Virus record (IMG/VR): IMGVR_UViG_3300032435_000001
DNA: 64,000 nt
Reading direction: 5' to 3' (one strand)
Origin: a virus
Part shown: positions 42,465-52,996 of the stretch, one piece after another
Position numbering within the stretch: the first letter of the stretch is position 1
How the letters are laid out: each line of letters opens with the position of its first letter
Notes under the pieces: model-generated
The model's database searches: none
Seen by the model: the letters and a program-made list of their open reading frames with translations, nothing else
What the model was told of the DNA's origin: nothing
Position numbers and translations under genes: made by a program

Positions 42465-43900
42465 TGAGGAGACAAGAAAATATATACGTGCAAACATCAC
42501 ATTCTTGTGTTAGGAATAAGGATATTTTGACCGTTAACACAAGTTCTGATGTTTGTGTATTCAAATCATCTAACTTTGTAATGAGTGGTGCTACTAATGT
42601 TTTATCTGGGTTAACTAGTTCTAGTGATTCAGTACACATTATTGATGGTGATTCCAATATTGATTTATCACTATTATTTACCACTAACACAAGTGGTTTT
42701 ATGGGTAATTCGGAATTACTATTTAAGTTTAATTTACACAAATTAAGTAGCGATAATGTTTTTAAAAGTACGGTAATATACTCATCACCATTTAAAACAG
42801 GTGATGAGCTATATAACAATGCCTTTATTTTCCAAAATTACATACCTATAACTAATTTAAATTTAGATGGTGAGTATATTTTAAAAGGTGAGTTTTCATA
42901 CCCAATATGCACTGATATTCTAGGTAGGTTAGGTTTAAGACATTTTACTAACACAAATGAAGTTGGGTTACCATATGGTAATTTTAATGAAGATTTTGAT
43001 TATTACTTTGTTGCGATAAAAAACGCTAATTCTCCAATATTTAACCTAACACCTAATGGTGGTGGTCCTATTGGGGTTTTAACAACTGAAAGTTTCTTCC
43101 CATCAGGACACACTGTTTTTTTAACGTCACAAACGATAGGTGGGTTTCCAATTGTAACTTTAAATGGTTTAACATTAGCGATTGAAGATGATTATCTTTT
43201 TACTAACGATAACACTATATCATTATTAGGTTCAACTTATCATGGTGATATACTAACGATAATATTCGTTGCTGGTTCCACTGGGAATGGGTTGCAAAAT
43301 GATGTGATATTAATTAATAATGTAATACCTAGCGGACCGTTTAACGGTGAGGGTGATAATTCAATATATTTAAACACTGATTCTGGTAAATACGAGGTAT
43401 TCACAAAAACATCACCAATTGATAACTCTAATGTTATAATCAGTTTAAATGGTGTTACGTTAACTAATAATATAGACTACTTTCAATCAATTACTAATCG
43501 AAAGAGGTTCATTTTAGAAGGTAGTTTACTAATCGGTGATGTAATAGCAATATTTTATAATTCATTTGGGAGTTATGTTGGTTCTATTACTGAACCTATA
43601 TTTGATGTGAGTTGGAATACTGATGATTATCCAGATAAGAATAATGGTATTTTCACCTTACAATTATCGGATACTAATGATTTTACTAATATTTTATATT
43701 CAGTGGTAAAACCTTATGAAGTTGGTATTAAAGTATATTCAGCAACTTTAGAAGTTTCGGGTGATATAGGTGATAAGAGGTATTATAGGGTCGTAAATCA
43801 AAAAAATTACATAACATTAAGTGGTGATGTCATTGAGTCAATTGCATACAGTGAGGTCATTCCATTAATAATTAACACAAATTCATTAAATTCTTACTAA
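42464..43900 (+). CDS. Putative tail/baseplate protein with repeated beta-domains and an Fn3-like C-terminus
   Basis: Two V.LNG.TL...DY...GD.I units; LQLS...F...YYRV. Confidence 0.55.
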   Translation: MRRQENIYVQTSHSCVRNKDILTVNTSSDVCVFKSSNFVMSGATNVLSGLTSSSDSVHIIDGDSNIDLSLLFTTNTSGFMGNSELLFKFNLHKLSSDNVFKSTVIYSSPFKTGDELYNNAFIFQNYIPITNLNLDGEYILKGEFSYPICTDILGRLGLRHFTNTNEVGLPYGNFNEDFDYYFVAIKNANSPIFNLTPNGGGPIGVLTTESFFPSGHTVFLTSQTIGGFPIVTLNGLTLAIEDDYLFTNDNTISLLGSTYHGDILTIIFVAGSTGNGLQNDVILINNVIPSGPFNGEGDNSIYLNTDSGKYEVFTKTSPIDNSNVIISLNGVTLTNNIDYFQSITNRKRFILEGSLLIGDVIAIFYNSFGSYVGSITEPIFDVSWNTDDYPDKNNGIFTLQLSDTNDFTNILYSVVKPYEVGIKVYSATLEVSGDIGDKRYYRVVNQKNYITLSGDVIESIAYSEVIPLIINTNSLNSY

Positions 43901-43953
43901 ATATAATTGACTATTGAGTATTTATTATTAAGATATAAAAACAATTTAAAATT

Positions 43954-46065
43954 ATGAGTTATATAATAAACACAACTAACCCATTTGTTAGTACTAAATT
44001 AACCGAAAAGGGTCGTGAAAAATTAGCAAAAGGTGAATTAACCTTCAACTCTTGGGCTATTGGTGATTCTGAGATTAATTATGAAAGAGCGATATTAACA
44101 AATTCATATCCATTAGATGAGGCGTACTCTAGAATCGATAAGATTTTAAAACCAAAAGATAGGCAACCAAATATTAAGTATTTCGTAAATACTGGTGGTG
44201 AAACCCCATTAAACTCACTTCAACCGTCTAACATTAAAACGATGAAAATTGTTGTGAATAATGAGGCAACTGAAAGAGGTTTTTTCGAGGGTAATCCAGA
44301 TGCTTATGTTACTTTAAGCGGTACACCGTATACCATATTAAGTGAGATAGTTTTAGCTACAACTTTTAGTGGCGGGACATCATTTGATATTGGCGTTAGT
44401 GGTGCTACTCAGGGTAATTTAATTTTAATAAAATGTGGTGAAGAGATTAATGGTAATAATATGCCAGTACCACATTTATGGTTTAAAGCTCAATCAGTTT
44501 CTAATACAATCATTAATGTTGATAGGGAATTACCTAATTTAACTTTAAGTGGTAATGTACAAGTTATCGTATATGATGGTGGTGAGATATCTGACAGTTC
44601 TTTTAGTGAGAATAACACAACGGCTTATTGGGATACTGGAACACTATCATTTGATAGTAGTTGTGATATAACTAGGGAAGATGTCCCTGTTTTTAATATG
44701 AATAATGTTTTCATGGAAACTATGTTAGGTATTAGTGGTGTTAATTACGAGGACCACACAAGATATGGTTCGTATGAATACATTGGTTTAGGTGAGCAAT
44801 ATCTAGAGTTGGGTAATGATAATGGGGGTTTGGTAAATGAAATAACATTTACATGTGATGAGATAACTGGGATTGGTGGTTATGATGGGTATGATAAATC
44901 ATTTGCGGTTATTCACTACACTAATAATACTATATCTAATTTATATGGTGAGTTTTTCTATATTAATAACACTAATAATAAGAATTTAAAGGTTCAAATA
45001 CCTGATTTGATGTACCATAGAAGAAATTCGGTTGGTAGCGGTAGTGGTACTACCATGGGTATGACTTTTATTTCAAGTGGTAATATAAAATTAATTGGTA
45101 CTTCCAATATTCAATATTATGATTTAATTGAGAGCCCTACTTTAATAATAGATGGGACTCCATTAATTGTTGGTAAAGTGTTTCCACAGTTAAAAATAGT
45201 TGTTTTTGAGGATGCTGAGATTATTAGTGCTATATCTTATAAATCTAATAGAAATTGGACACTACCTAGTTTACTAACTAATTTAGCGTCACCATCTGGT
45301 GGTGCGTCAACGGGTTTATTACAAAATGGTGAGACTATGTATATAACTTATGGTATTGAAAATAATAGTGGTGTTGGTTATACATCAGCATTACCATGTC
45401 AGAAATATGGTAGAATTAAAAATAGTTTATCAACAGCTAAGGATGTTCAATTTAGGTTAGAGGGTGTTAATTTATTACCTTATTTGAAGAAAATTGAAGA
45501 TGTTGGGTATGATAATACTGGTTTCTATGGGTATGAGTTTAAAGTTATTTATCAAATAGTAGCTGATGATTCTAGACCTACATCGGATGGTTGGAAAGTT
45601 TTGGATTACACATCAACTAATATTACTGGTGGTGTTAATGAAACGATAGACCCATTATTATTAGAGTCTCAAAATCACAATGATAACAACCAAGTAATTA
45701 CAATATTAGATGATGATATCGCATTACCATATAATTTAATTGATAAACTAAATTTACCACCTATTACTCAACCTGAATTATTACAATTTGGTGATGAAAG
45801 GTTTTTTTATGGTAACATTCAGACATTCATTGGTGCTACGATATTTAAAACTATATTTGACATTAGAATTGATTCTAGTCAATTCACTAAAACCACTAAC
45901 CCTACTAGAAGTAGTGATTTCTTAACCAACCCACCTAGCATTAAAGTGAGTGAGATTGGTATTTATGATAATAACAATGAGTTGGTTTTAATTGGTAAAC
46001 TAAGTGAGCCATTAGAATTAGGTGGTGGTAATACAATAATGGTAGAGCTTGGTATCGACTTTTAA
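43954..46065 (+). CDS. Putative baseplate / tail-fibre attachment protein
   Basis: KLT.KGRE.LA, GDSEINY, C-terminal SEIGIYD...LV.IGKL; TATTTAT at 43919. Confidence 0.6.
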   Translation: MSYIINTTNPFVSTKLTEKGREKLAKGELTFNSWAIGDSEINYERAILTNSYPLDEAYSRIDKILKPKDRQPNIKYFVNTGGETPLNSLQPSNIKTMKIVVNNEATERGFFEGNPDAYVTLSGTPYTILSEIVLATTFSGGTSFDIGVSGATQGNLILIKCGEEINGNNMPVPHLWFKAQSVSNTIINVDRELPNLTLSGNVQVIVYDGGEISDSSFSENNTTAYWDTGTLSFDSSCDITREDVPVFNMNNVFMETMLGISGVNYEDHTRYGSYEYIGLGEQYLELGNDNGGLVNEITFTCDEITGIGGYDGYDKSFAVIHYTNNTISNLYGEFFYINNTNNKNLKVQIPDLMYHRRNSVGSGSGTTMGMTFISSGNIKLIGTSNIQYYDLIESPTLIIDGTPLIVGKVFPQLKIVVFEDAEIISAISYKSNRNWTLPSLLTNLASPSGGASTGLLQNGETMYITYGIENNSGVGYTSALPCQKYGRIKNSLSTAKDVQFRLEGVNLLPYLKKIEDVGYDNTGFYGYEFKVIYQIVADDSRPTSDGWKVLDYTSTNITGGVNETIDPLLLESQNHNDNNQVITILDDDIALPYNLIDKLNLPPITQPELLQFGDERFFYGNIQTFIGATIFKTIFDIRIDSSQFTKTTNPTRSSDFLTNPPSIKVSEIGIYDNNNELVLIGKLSEPLELGGGNTIMVELGIDF

Positions 46066-46109
46066 TTATAATTACTTAAAAATATTAATAATAAATAAAA
46101 AAATAAAAT

Positions 46110-47300
46110 ATGGGTTACATACAAAGTGCAACAACTGTTACGGTTATAGCGAAATTAACGCCATTTGGTAGAGAAGAATTGTTATCAAAGAGTAATAAAA
46201 TAATTACGAACTTTAGTTTAGGTGATTCAGACGCTAATTACTACGTATCTAATATATTAGAAAGTGGTGAAGTACCGAGTATATCTGGTGAAATTGGTGT
46301 TTTAGGTAGTGTTAATAATAGCTCACCAACTAACTACAAAATAAGGGATAAGGTAATAGTAAACTCTATCGGTGATTTAACTAAACCAGTAGAACCTAAT
46401 GCGGGTAAAATAAGTAGTACTTTAAGAAGTGTTGGGTTTAAAAATTTAGTATCACCAGATGTTAATTTTAAGTTAATTAGTAAAAATGATTTAATTTCAT
46501 CCAGTGGTAACTTATTTAATTCACTAGGACTACCTATAACTGTCACTCAGAAAGCTTTATTTAACACAGTAAGCGATGCTAACGGTGGGTTTTCGGATAC
46601 TGGGATAGCATTACTTAATGTTAACGAAGGGTTAGTAATAGATATTAGTAATTTAGAGTATGGTGAGATAATAGATGGTAAGACTGTTAAAATAGAATTA
46701 ACAACTTCAACTAGTACATTTACTATTTACTCAACATTCCAATCTTCATTAACATCAAAAACAACGCAAGATGTTAATATTAGGGAATCATCAATAAAAA
46801 GTGGTTTAATTGGTAACAACATAGCGTTCTTATTCTGCGATGCTATTAAAAAGCCAAATAACAACCCATTGAAAAGTTGGGGTACTGGGTACAATTTAAA
46901 TAAACCATTTAGTGTTAATAATAAAGAATTATTTAACTTAACAACTAACAATACGATACAGAAATACGCTGATACGCCAGTTGGGTTAATACATTTGGAT
47001 AAGGGTTTAATAGTTATTAATAACCAAAGCATTTTAGATTCGTTAGATGCATCTCTAAGTGTGAGTGTTAGTTTTGATAGTCTATCAACCGAAATGTCAC
47101 AAGATATCATATGTATTGTGAATAGAGGTGAATTTATAGCTTCTAAAAATCAAACTTACAGTAATGGTGATTTGATTAGGGTTAGTGAGGTAGGTTTATA
47201 TAACTCAAATGGTAATTTAATAGCGATAGCTAAGATGAACAAACATATAACGATAGGGACTAACCAATTTATGGCTTTAGGTGTTAAAGTTACTATATAA
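46110..47300 (+). CDS. Putative baseplate / tail-fibre attachment protein, paralogous to the previous gene
   Basis: KLT..GRE.L, LGDSD.NY, C-terminal SEVGLYN..G.LIAIAK. Confidence 0.6.
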   Translation: MGYIQSATTVTVIAKLTPFGREELLSKSNKIITNFSLGDSDANYYVSNILESGEVPSISGEIGVLGSVNNSSPTNYKIRDKVIVNSIGDLTKPVEPNAGKISSTLRSVGFKNLVSPDVNFKLISKNDLISSSGNLFNSLGLPITVTQKALFNTVSDANGGFSDTGIALLNVNEGLVIDISNLEYGEIIDGKTVKIELTTSTSTFTIYSTFQSSLTSKTTQDVNIRESSIKSGLIGNNIAFLFCDAIKKPNNNPLKSWGTGYNLNKPFSVNNKELFNLTTNNTIQKYADTPVGLIHLDKGLIVINNQSILDSLDASLSVSVSFDSLSTEMSQDIICIVNRGEFIASKNQTYSNGDLIRVSEVGLYNSNGNLIAIAKMNKHITIGTNQFMALGVKVTI

Positions 47301-47357
47301 TATTATTTAATAACCTTTATTTTATTGGTTTATTATTTACATTAAGTGAAAAAAGTT

Positions 47358-48005
47358 ATGGTAGAAAATGAAAAGAAGTTTATACTTGGGTTAGATATAT
47401 CAACCAAAACTATAGGTATTGCGCTATATGAGGATTTTGGTAGTTATGGGAAATTAGTTTTACTACACCATGTAACACCAAATGTTAAACCAATTCCAAC
47501 AAATAAAATGGAGTTGTTATTCCTAAAAGGTGATATATTTGAAAATGATTTTTTAAAAGATTACACAAATTTTAATATCCATAAAGTTATTATAGAGGAA
47601 CCATTGTTAAGGTCCAATAATGTTAATACTGTCGCAACATTATTAAAATTTAATGGAATAGTTTCTAGGGCCATCTATAAGATGTTAAACGTGGTACCAG
47701 AATACGTATCATCTTATGACGCTAGGAAATATGCTTTCCCAGAATTGATGGCGATTAGAGAGGTTGATAAAAAGGGTGTTAGGTATAGCGATAAGAAGTT
47801 ATCCACCCAAAAACCAGTTTTGTTTGGTGGGTATAAATGGGACATTGATAAAAAAAGCGTTCTATGGGATAAGGTTGCTGAGACTTATCCACAAATAAAT
47901 TGGATATACAACAAAAAGAATATTCTAACTAAAGAGAATTTTGATATGGCAGATAGTGTATGCGCAACTTTAGGGTATATGAAGAAAATGGGGTTGTGGG
48001 AATAA
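47358..48005 (+). CDS. RuvC-like Holliday junction resolvase
   Basis: ILGLDIST..IG, IIEEP, D.ADS RNase H-fold acidic residues. Confidence 0.75.
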   Translation: MVENEKKFILGLDISTKTIGIALYEDFGSYGKLVLLHHVTPNVKPIPTNKMELLFLKGDIFENDFLKDYTNFNIHKVIIEEPLLRSNNVNTVATLLKFNGIVSRAIYKMLNVVPEYVSSYDARKYAFPELMAIREVDKKGVRYSDKKLSTQKPVLFGGYKWDIDKKSVLWDKVAETYPQINWIYNKKNILTKENFDMADSVCATLGYMKKMGLWE

Positions 48006-48066
48006 AATTAAATTAAAAATTATATAATTAAATAGGTTATGTAATTTTTTTTTGTATATTTGCATA

Positions 48067-49020
48067 ATGTCACAATTAATTTTAGGTATATTAGGTAATT
48101 TTTTAGGTGTTGATAGAGGTCATAACCACGATTCAGGTCAAATAAAATTTGACTGTCCATCTTGCGCTGAAATTAATGGTAGTGAAAAAAGTGTGGGTAA
48201 GGGTAATTTGGAGGTAAACATTAATAAAGGTGTTTTCAAATGTTGGGCGTGTTATGAAACGAATAACATGAGTGGTTCAATTTCTAGGTTAATTAAAAGG
48301 TTCGGTAGTCGTAGAGATTTTGATGAGTACGTTTTAATAAACCCAAATTACAACTATGATAAGGAATATGTTATTGATGAGTTAAAAGAATTATCATTAC
48401 CTGATGGTTTCACACCATTAGCTTCTTGTGATGAAAAACTATTCCGCTTTTCCGAAGCGTCCAAATATTTAAGTAATAGAAATATAACTCATGATATTAT
48501 AGAAAAATATAATATCGGTTTCACAACTATTGGTGAATACGCTAATAGAATCATAATCCCATCATATTGTGCTGATGGTAATTTAAATTTTTTCGTTGGT
48601 AGAGCCTTTACTAAGTGGGGTAAACCAAAATATCTTAACCCTACGTTTAGAAAAGAGTTGATAACATTTAGTGAGAACTTTATTAATTGGGATGCTACAA
48701 TATATTTAGTTGAAGGTGTTTTTGATGGCATCGTAATACCAAACTCAATACCTTTATTAGGTAAGGTATTACCAATTGAGTTATTATATAAATTACAAAC
48801 TAAAGCAAAGGGTTTAATAGTTGTGGCCCTAGATGGTGATGCTTATGAGGACGCTAAAATAATTTATAAGCGTATTAACACACTAAACCTATATAACAGG
48901 GTTAGAATGATTAAATTAAAAGAAGCTTATGATTTATCATTAATCAATGAAAAGTTCGGTAGGAAGGCTATTATAGCTGTATTAAAGACTGCTAATATTA
49001 TTCCAGAGAGTGAGTTATAA
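48067..49020 (+). CDS. DNA primase (Zn finger + TOPRIM); start moved to ATG 48067
   Basis: CPSC..CWAC, YL..R.I, RIIIP, KYLNP, LVEGVFD, LDGDA. Confidence 0.9.
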   Translation: MSQLILGILGNFLGVDRGHNHDSGQIKFDCPSCAEINGSEKSVGKGNLEVNINKGVFKCWACYETNNMSGSISRLIKRFGSRRDFDEYVLINPNYNYDKEYVIDELKELSLPDGFTPLASCDEKLFRFSEASKYLSNRNITHDIIEKYNIGFTTIGEYANRIIIPSYCADGNLNFFVGRAFTKWGKPKYLNPTFRKELITFSENFINWDATIYLVEGVFDGIVIPNSIPLLGKVLPIELLYKLQTKAKGLIVVALDGDAYEDAKIIYKRINTLNLYNRVRMIKLKEAYDLSLINEKFGRKAIIAVLKTANIIPESEL

Positions 49021-49029
49021 TTAATGGTT

Positions 49030-49560
49030 TTAATAACCAATTCTATCATCATCGTATTCATCATAATCATCCATCTCAAAATCCACATCATTAGACGTTT
49101 TAAAAACTTCGATATTAATAATTTTCGCTCCAAAACCTTGATTTAATAGTGAAATCTCATTTTCGTGAGGGTGTTGCATTTTATTTGATAAAGTGGCCAT
49201 TACATCTACCAATTTTTTTGGTGCTTTAACAGTTAGCATGTAAGGTTTACCACCGCCAACATGACTAGCTTGGTTATGTGATTGCTCTAGTTCACGTCTA
49301 TTTATAACATAATGGGTACCAACCTCATTATAATTCAAATCTTTTTTATTTTTTAAAAAAACCACTCTATGTAGTGTAAGGGTATTTGGTAACCTATCCA
49401 CAATCTCCAAATTTTGTTTAAGAAAATCTTTAGCTATATCCTTATCACTAAAAGCTGTTCTCATACCTAAATCTATTAATTCTTTAACTTGAAGAGGTTT
49501 AATACCCATAGAATTCTCTAATAATTTAACCCTTAATGATTCTTTTATAAAAACTATCAT
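49030..49560 (-). CDS. Hypothetical protein, possibly ADP-ribosyltransferase-like and virion-packaged
   Basis: Only convincing minus-strand gene; own TATTTAT motif (49574-49580); LHRV / GTHY / ENEI pattern. Confidence 0.55.
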   Translation of the reverse strand: MIVFIKESLRVKLLENSMGIKPLQVKELIDLGMRTAFSDKDIAKDFLKQNLEIVDRLPNTLTLHRVVFLKNKKDLNYNEVGTHYVINRRELEQSHNQASHVGGGKPYMLTVKAPKKLVDVMATLSNKMQHPHENEISLLNQGFGAKIINIEVFKTSNDVDFEMDDYDEYDDDRIGY

Positions 49561-49581
49561 AATTTCTTTTAATATAAATAC

Positions 49582-49612
49582 TTGGATTTTAATTAAAAGA
49601 TTAGTATTTTTG
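49582..49612 (+). promoter_or_regulatory. Bacteroidota host-type promoter TTG-N20-TATTTTTG, back-to-back with a minus-strand TATTTAT
   Basis: Consensus match with correct spacing. Confidence 0.7.
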
Positions 49613-49630
49613 TGATAAAATAAAGCAATA

Positions 49631-51283
49631 ATGGCGAAAATTGAGAAAAGTATGGTCTATTTAGAACCAATAGAACATGTTTATATTCATAGGGAGAGTG
49701 GAAAGCGTTTCACATCGGTAACCAAAGTTCTATCTTCAATAGAACCTCATTTCGAGGGTGATAGAATAGCTGGTAATATCGCTAAACAATCAGACTCAAA
49801 CCCAAAAAAAAACCCAGCTTATATTGGGATGAATAAAGAACAAATATTAGATTATTGGCAAGAGTTGAATGACACTGCTAATATATACGGTACTATGGTT
49901 CATGAAATAGTTGAGAGATATCTATTAGCTAATAAAATGTATTTCACTAGCGACCCTTTTGAATTGAAGGTGATTAAAGCTTATGAAGATTTAGAGGTTG
50001 ATGAAGGTATTGAAATATACCCAGAGAGGATTATGTTTTCAGAAGAGTACGAATTAGCTGGCACTGCTGATTTAAAGATTGATATTAATGAAACATACTT
50101 TGATATTGGGGATTGGAAAGGTTTACCAATAGACACACCAATATTCACTAATAATGGTTGGAAAACTATGGCTAGCTTATCACATGGTGATAAAGTTTAT
50201 GATATGGATGGTAAATTATGTGATATTTTACATTTTTCCGAAATAAAAAATAAAGATTGTTTTGAAATTGAATTTGATAATGGTGAAGTAATAATATCTG
50301 ACCATGAGCATAGATGGTTGGTTTCATTTATGCGTAGTGGGAATTTAACTGATAAAGTTATGACATCAGAAGAATTATTTGAACACACTAATAAGTTAGG
50401 TACTAAAAGATGGTCATATAAAATACCTAAGGTTAAAATATGTAAAGCTTTGGATAATCAACACATTGATTTACCTTTAGACCCTTATTTATTGGGTGTT
50501 TGGTTATGTGATGGGGATAAAGATATTACCAAAACGATAATCGTTGATGAAAATGTTTGGTTAGAATTAAATTTGGTAAATGATAAACGTATACCAGATA
50601 CATTTTTTATGTCATCATATGAACAACGTGTGGGTTTATTACGTGGGTTTATGGATGTTAATGGTCATTATAACAAGTCACGTAAAAGATTTGTTATGTC
50701 AACAACTATAGAGTGGCAAGGAAATGAATTTAATAAGTTAGCGTCTTCACTAGGTATTAAAACAACTGTTATTAAATATAATAAAAAGGTTAATGGTGAA
50801 ATTGTTGACGTAATTGATATTTGCTTTAGTACAGATAATTTAAACCCATTTTTAAGTAAAGAGGTGTTAAATGTTGAGTATAATAATAAAACATTTAAAA
50901 ATATTATTAGGGTTAGTAAAGTAGAATCAGTGCCAACTAGATGTATCGAAGTGGGAAGTTTAACTAGTACTTTTTTATATGGGTTTAGTTTTAGTGTAAC
51001 ACATAACACAAATAAGGAATTCAATTTCTTCAATAAATTTGGTTATAAAACACTAAACAAACCTTTTGACCATCTCCAAGACTGCCAATATTCTATATAT
51101 TCAATGCAATTAAGTACTTACGCTTTGATGTGTGAAATGGAAACTGGTATGAAATGTAGACAAATATGGATTGGATATTGGGATAAAGTAAATGAGGTGT
51201 TTGAAAAGATACCAGTAATGTATTTAAAGTCTGACGCTAAAAAATTGCTAGACATACACAAGTACACACAATTATATAAATAA
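49631..51283 (+). CDS. PD-(D/E)xK exonuclease (RecB/Cas4-like) with intein
   Basis: SVT, GT.VH..VE.Y, E..., AGTADL, DWK|T split by the intein, Y..QLS.YA. Confidence 0.85.
   Translation: MAKIEKSMVYLEPIEHVYIHRESGKRFTSVTKVLSSIEPHFEGDRIAGNIAKQSDSNPKKNPAYIGMNKEQILDYWQELNDTANIYGTMVHEIVERYLLANKMYFTSDPFELKVIKAYEDLEVDEGIEIYPERIMFSEEYELAGTADLKIDINETYFDIGDWKGLPIDTPIFTNNGWKTMASLSHGDKVYDMDGKLCDILHFSEIKNKDCFEIEFDNGEVIISDHEHRWLVSFMRSGNLTDKVMTSEELFEHTNKLGTKRWSYKIPKVKICKALDNQHIDLPLDPYLLGVWLCDGDKDITKTIIVDENVWLELNLVNDKRIPDTFFMSSYEQRVGLLRGFMDVNGHYNKSRKRFVMSTTIEWQGNEFNKLASSLGIKTTVIKYNKKVNGEIVDVIDICFSTDNLNPFLSKEVLNVEYNNKTFKNIIRVSKVESVPTRCIEVGSLTSTFLYGFSFSVTHNTNKEFNFFNKFGYKTLNKPFDHLQDCQYSIYSMQLSTYALMCEMETGMKCRQIWIGYWDKVNEVFEKIPVMYLKSDAKKLLDIHKYTQLYK
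50120..51007 (+). mobile_element. Class 3 intein (296 aa, Gly1) with degenerate LAGLIDADG domain
   Basis: DWK|GLPIDTPI...HRW...TRCIEV...VTHN|T; LGVWLCDG and LRGFMDVNG blocks. Confidence 0.88.
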
Positions 51284-51286
51284 ATT

Positions 51287-51934
51287 ATGGAAAAAGAATT
51301 TTTAAAATTAGTTTCTGATTACAGCGAGATGTTATCAGACAATGGGGTTAATATGAGTAAGGTTAGGTTTATAGATAAACCAATATTCTCATATGATATT
51401 GAGAATGACAACGTAGAACCAATTAACTTTTACAATGGTAAAGAAGTTGTTAATGGTAGGATTAAAAAGGGTAGTACTAAATTATTTAACGTGGACATTA
51501 AAATCTTAGAAGGTATTTTCAATGATTTAGAGTTAGGTGTTGTAATTGTTTTAGATAAACCATTATCTAAAACATATGTTGACGGTGATTGGGTTTTACA
51601 ATGGGAAATTGGTTTCTTGGACACACTAATTGAGATGGATAGTGAGTCTGACTACATGCACGATAAACTATTATCGAACCAAACCATTATTGAGATGGTA
51701 GACTCTATAAATAATAACCTTTCAAATGATTCTGGCTCACCGATTGATTTTGCTGTCATAAGTGAAAAAACATTTAGAGTTTTAGATAATGAAAAATTAG
51801 TTATGTTAATTGATAACTCTTATTATTTAAATAAGATAAAAATTAAGGTTAACTCTAATATAGGTGATAATTTAATTTCCCTTACTAATAGAAATGAAGT
51901 TAGGGTATTAAAATTAGTTGGGTATGGTAATTAA
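51287..51934 (+). CDS. Hypothetical protein
   Basis: 215-aa ORF. Confidence 0.65.
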   Translation: MEKEFLKLVSDYSEMLSDNGVNMSKVRFIDKPIFSYDIENDNVEPINFYNGKEVVNGRIKKGSTKLFNVDIKILEGIFNDLELGVVIVLDKPLSKTYVDGDWVLQWEIGFLDTLIEMDSESDYMHDKLLSNQTIIEMVDSINNNLSNDSGSPIDFAVISEKTFRVLDNEKLVMLIDNSYYLNKIKIKVNSNIGDNLISLTNRNEVRVLKLVGYGN

Positions 51935-52736
51935 ATCAATAATACACTTAGCTGACATACATATTAGGACCTATAAATTACACACGGAGTATAACGAATC
52001 TTTTAATAAGCTTTATATTAAACTAAGAGAGTATATGTTAGGTTTTGAGTATAATGAGGTTAGAATCGTTGTAGCTGGTGATTTAGTTCACCAAAAAATA
52101 ACAATTTCAAATGAGCAATTAATCCTATGTTGCGATTTTCTAACTAAACTTTCAAAGATAGCACCAGTTGTGATAATAGCTGGTAATCACGATTTATTAG
52201 AGAATAACAAAGATAGGTTAGATTCAATATCACCAATGATTCAATTATTGGATAATAATAATATTAGTTATTTAAAAGAAAGTATATGTTATCCAGATGA
52301 GAACATTGTTTGGTGTAATTACTCTATTTTCGAAGAAAACGCTAGACCGAACATAGAAGATGGTAGAGCTAAATATGGTGATAAAACATACGTTGGTTTA
52401 TTTCACGGTCCAATAATTGGTGCTAAAACTGATGTTGGTTATGAATTTGAACATGGTACGTCATTAGAATATTTTGATGGTTGTGATATGGTATTGTTAG
52501 GTGACATACACAAACGCAGTGAGTTCAACCATAATGGTATCCCAATTAAGTTTTCTGGTTCATTAATCCAACAAAATTTTGGTGAAACGGTATCTAAACA
52601 TGGTTATACAATTTGGGATGTTAACACTAAAAGTAATGTTGATTATGAGTTAGAAAATGATTATTCGTTCTACCATTTTAAAATAACTTCGGTTGATGAT
52701 GTTCAAAATAATGTTGAAAAATTAATAAACGAATAA
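51924..52736 (+). CDS. Mre11/SbcD (T4 gp47-like) metallophosphoesterase nuclease
   Basis: DIH, GDLVH, GNHD, H, LGDIH, GSLIQQNFGE motifs. Confidence 0.9.
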   Translation: MVIKSIIHLADIHIRTYKLHTEYNESFNKLYIKLREYMLGFEYNEVRIVVAGDLVHQKITISNEQLILCCDFLTKLSKIAPVVIIAGNHDLLENNKDRLDSISPMIQLLDNNNISYLKESICYPDENIVWCNYSIFEENARPNIEDGRAKYGDKTYVGLFHGPIIGAKTDVGYEFEHGTSLEYFDGCDMVLLGDIHKRSEFNHNGIPIKFSGSLIQQNFGETVSKHGYTIWDVNTKSNVDYELENDYSFYHFKITSVDDVQNNVEKLINE

Positions 52737-52996
52737 TGTTAATAGAGATTGATGATAAGTTAATTAGTGATATTAAAGAATATTGTGAGTTGAATGATGT
52801 TTTAGACACAACATTATTCATCAGTAAAGCTATTAGGGTTGGTTTTAATAGTATTAAGTATGGACATAGAGTTACAATACCGATTAAAAACAAAAAAGTG
52901 GAACCACCAAAGGTTATTGACGTGATTAAAATTGAAAGTGTTAAAATTAATAAGGTTAATAAGGTTAATAAAAATATTTACGGAGAAGATGAATAA
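52736..52996 (+). CDS. Hypothetical protein
   Basis: 86-aa ORF coupled on both sides. Confidence 0.6.
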   Translation: MLIEIDDKLISDIKEYCELNDVLDTTLFISKAIRVGFNSIKYGHRVTIPIKNKKVEPPKVIDVIKIESVKINKVNKVNKNIYGEDE

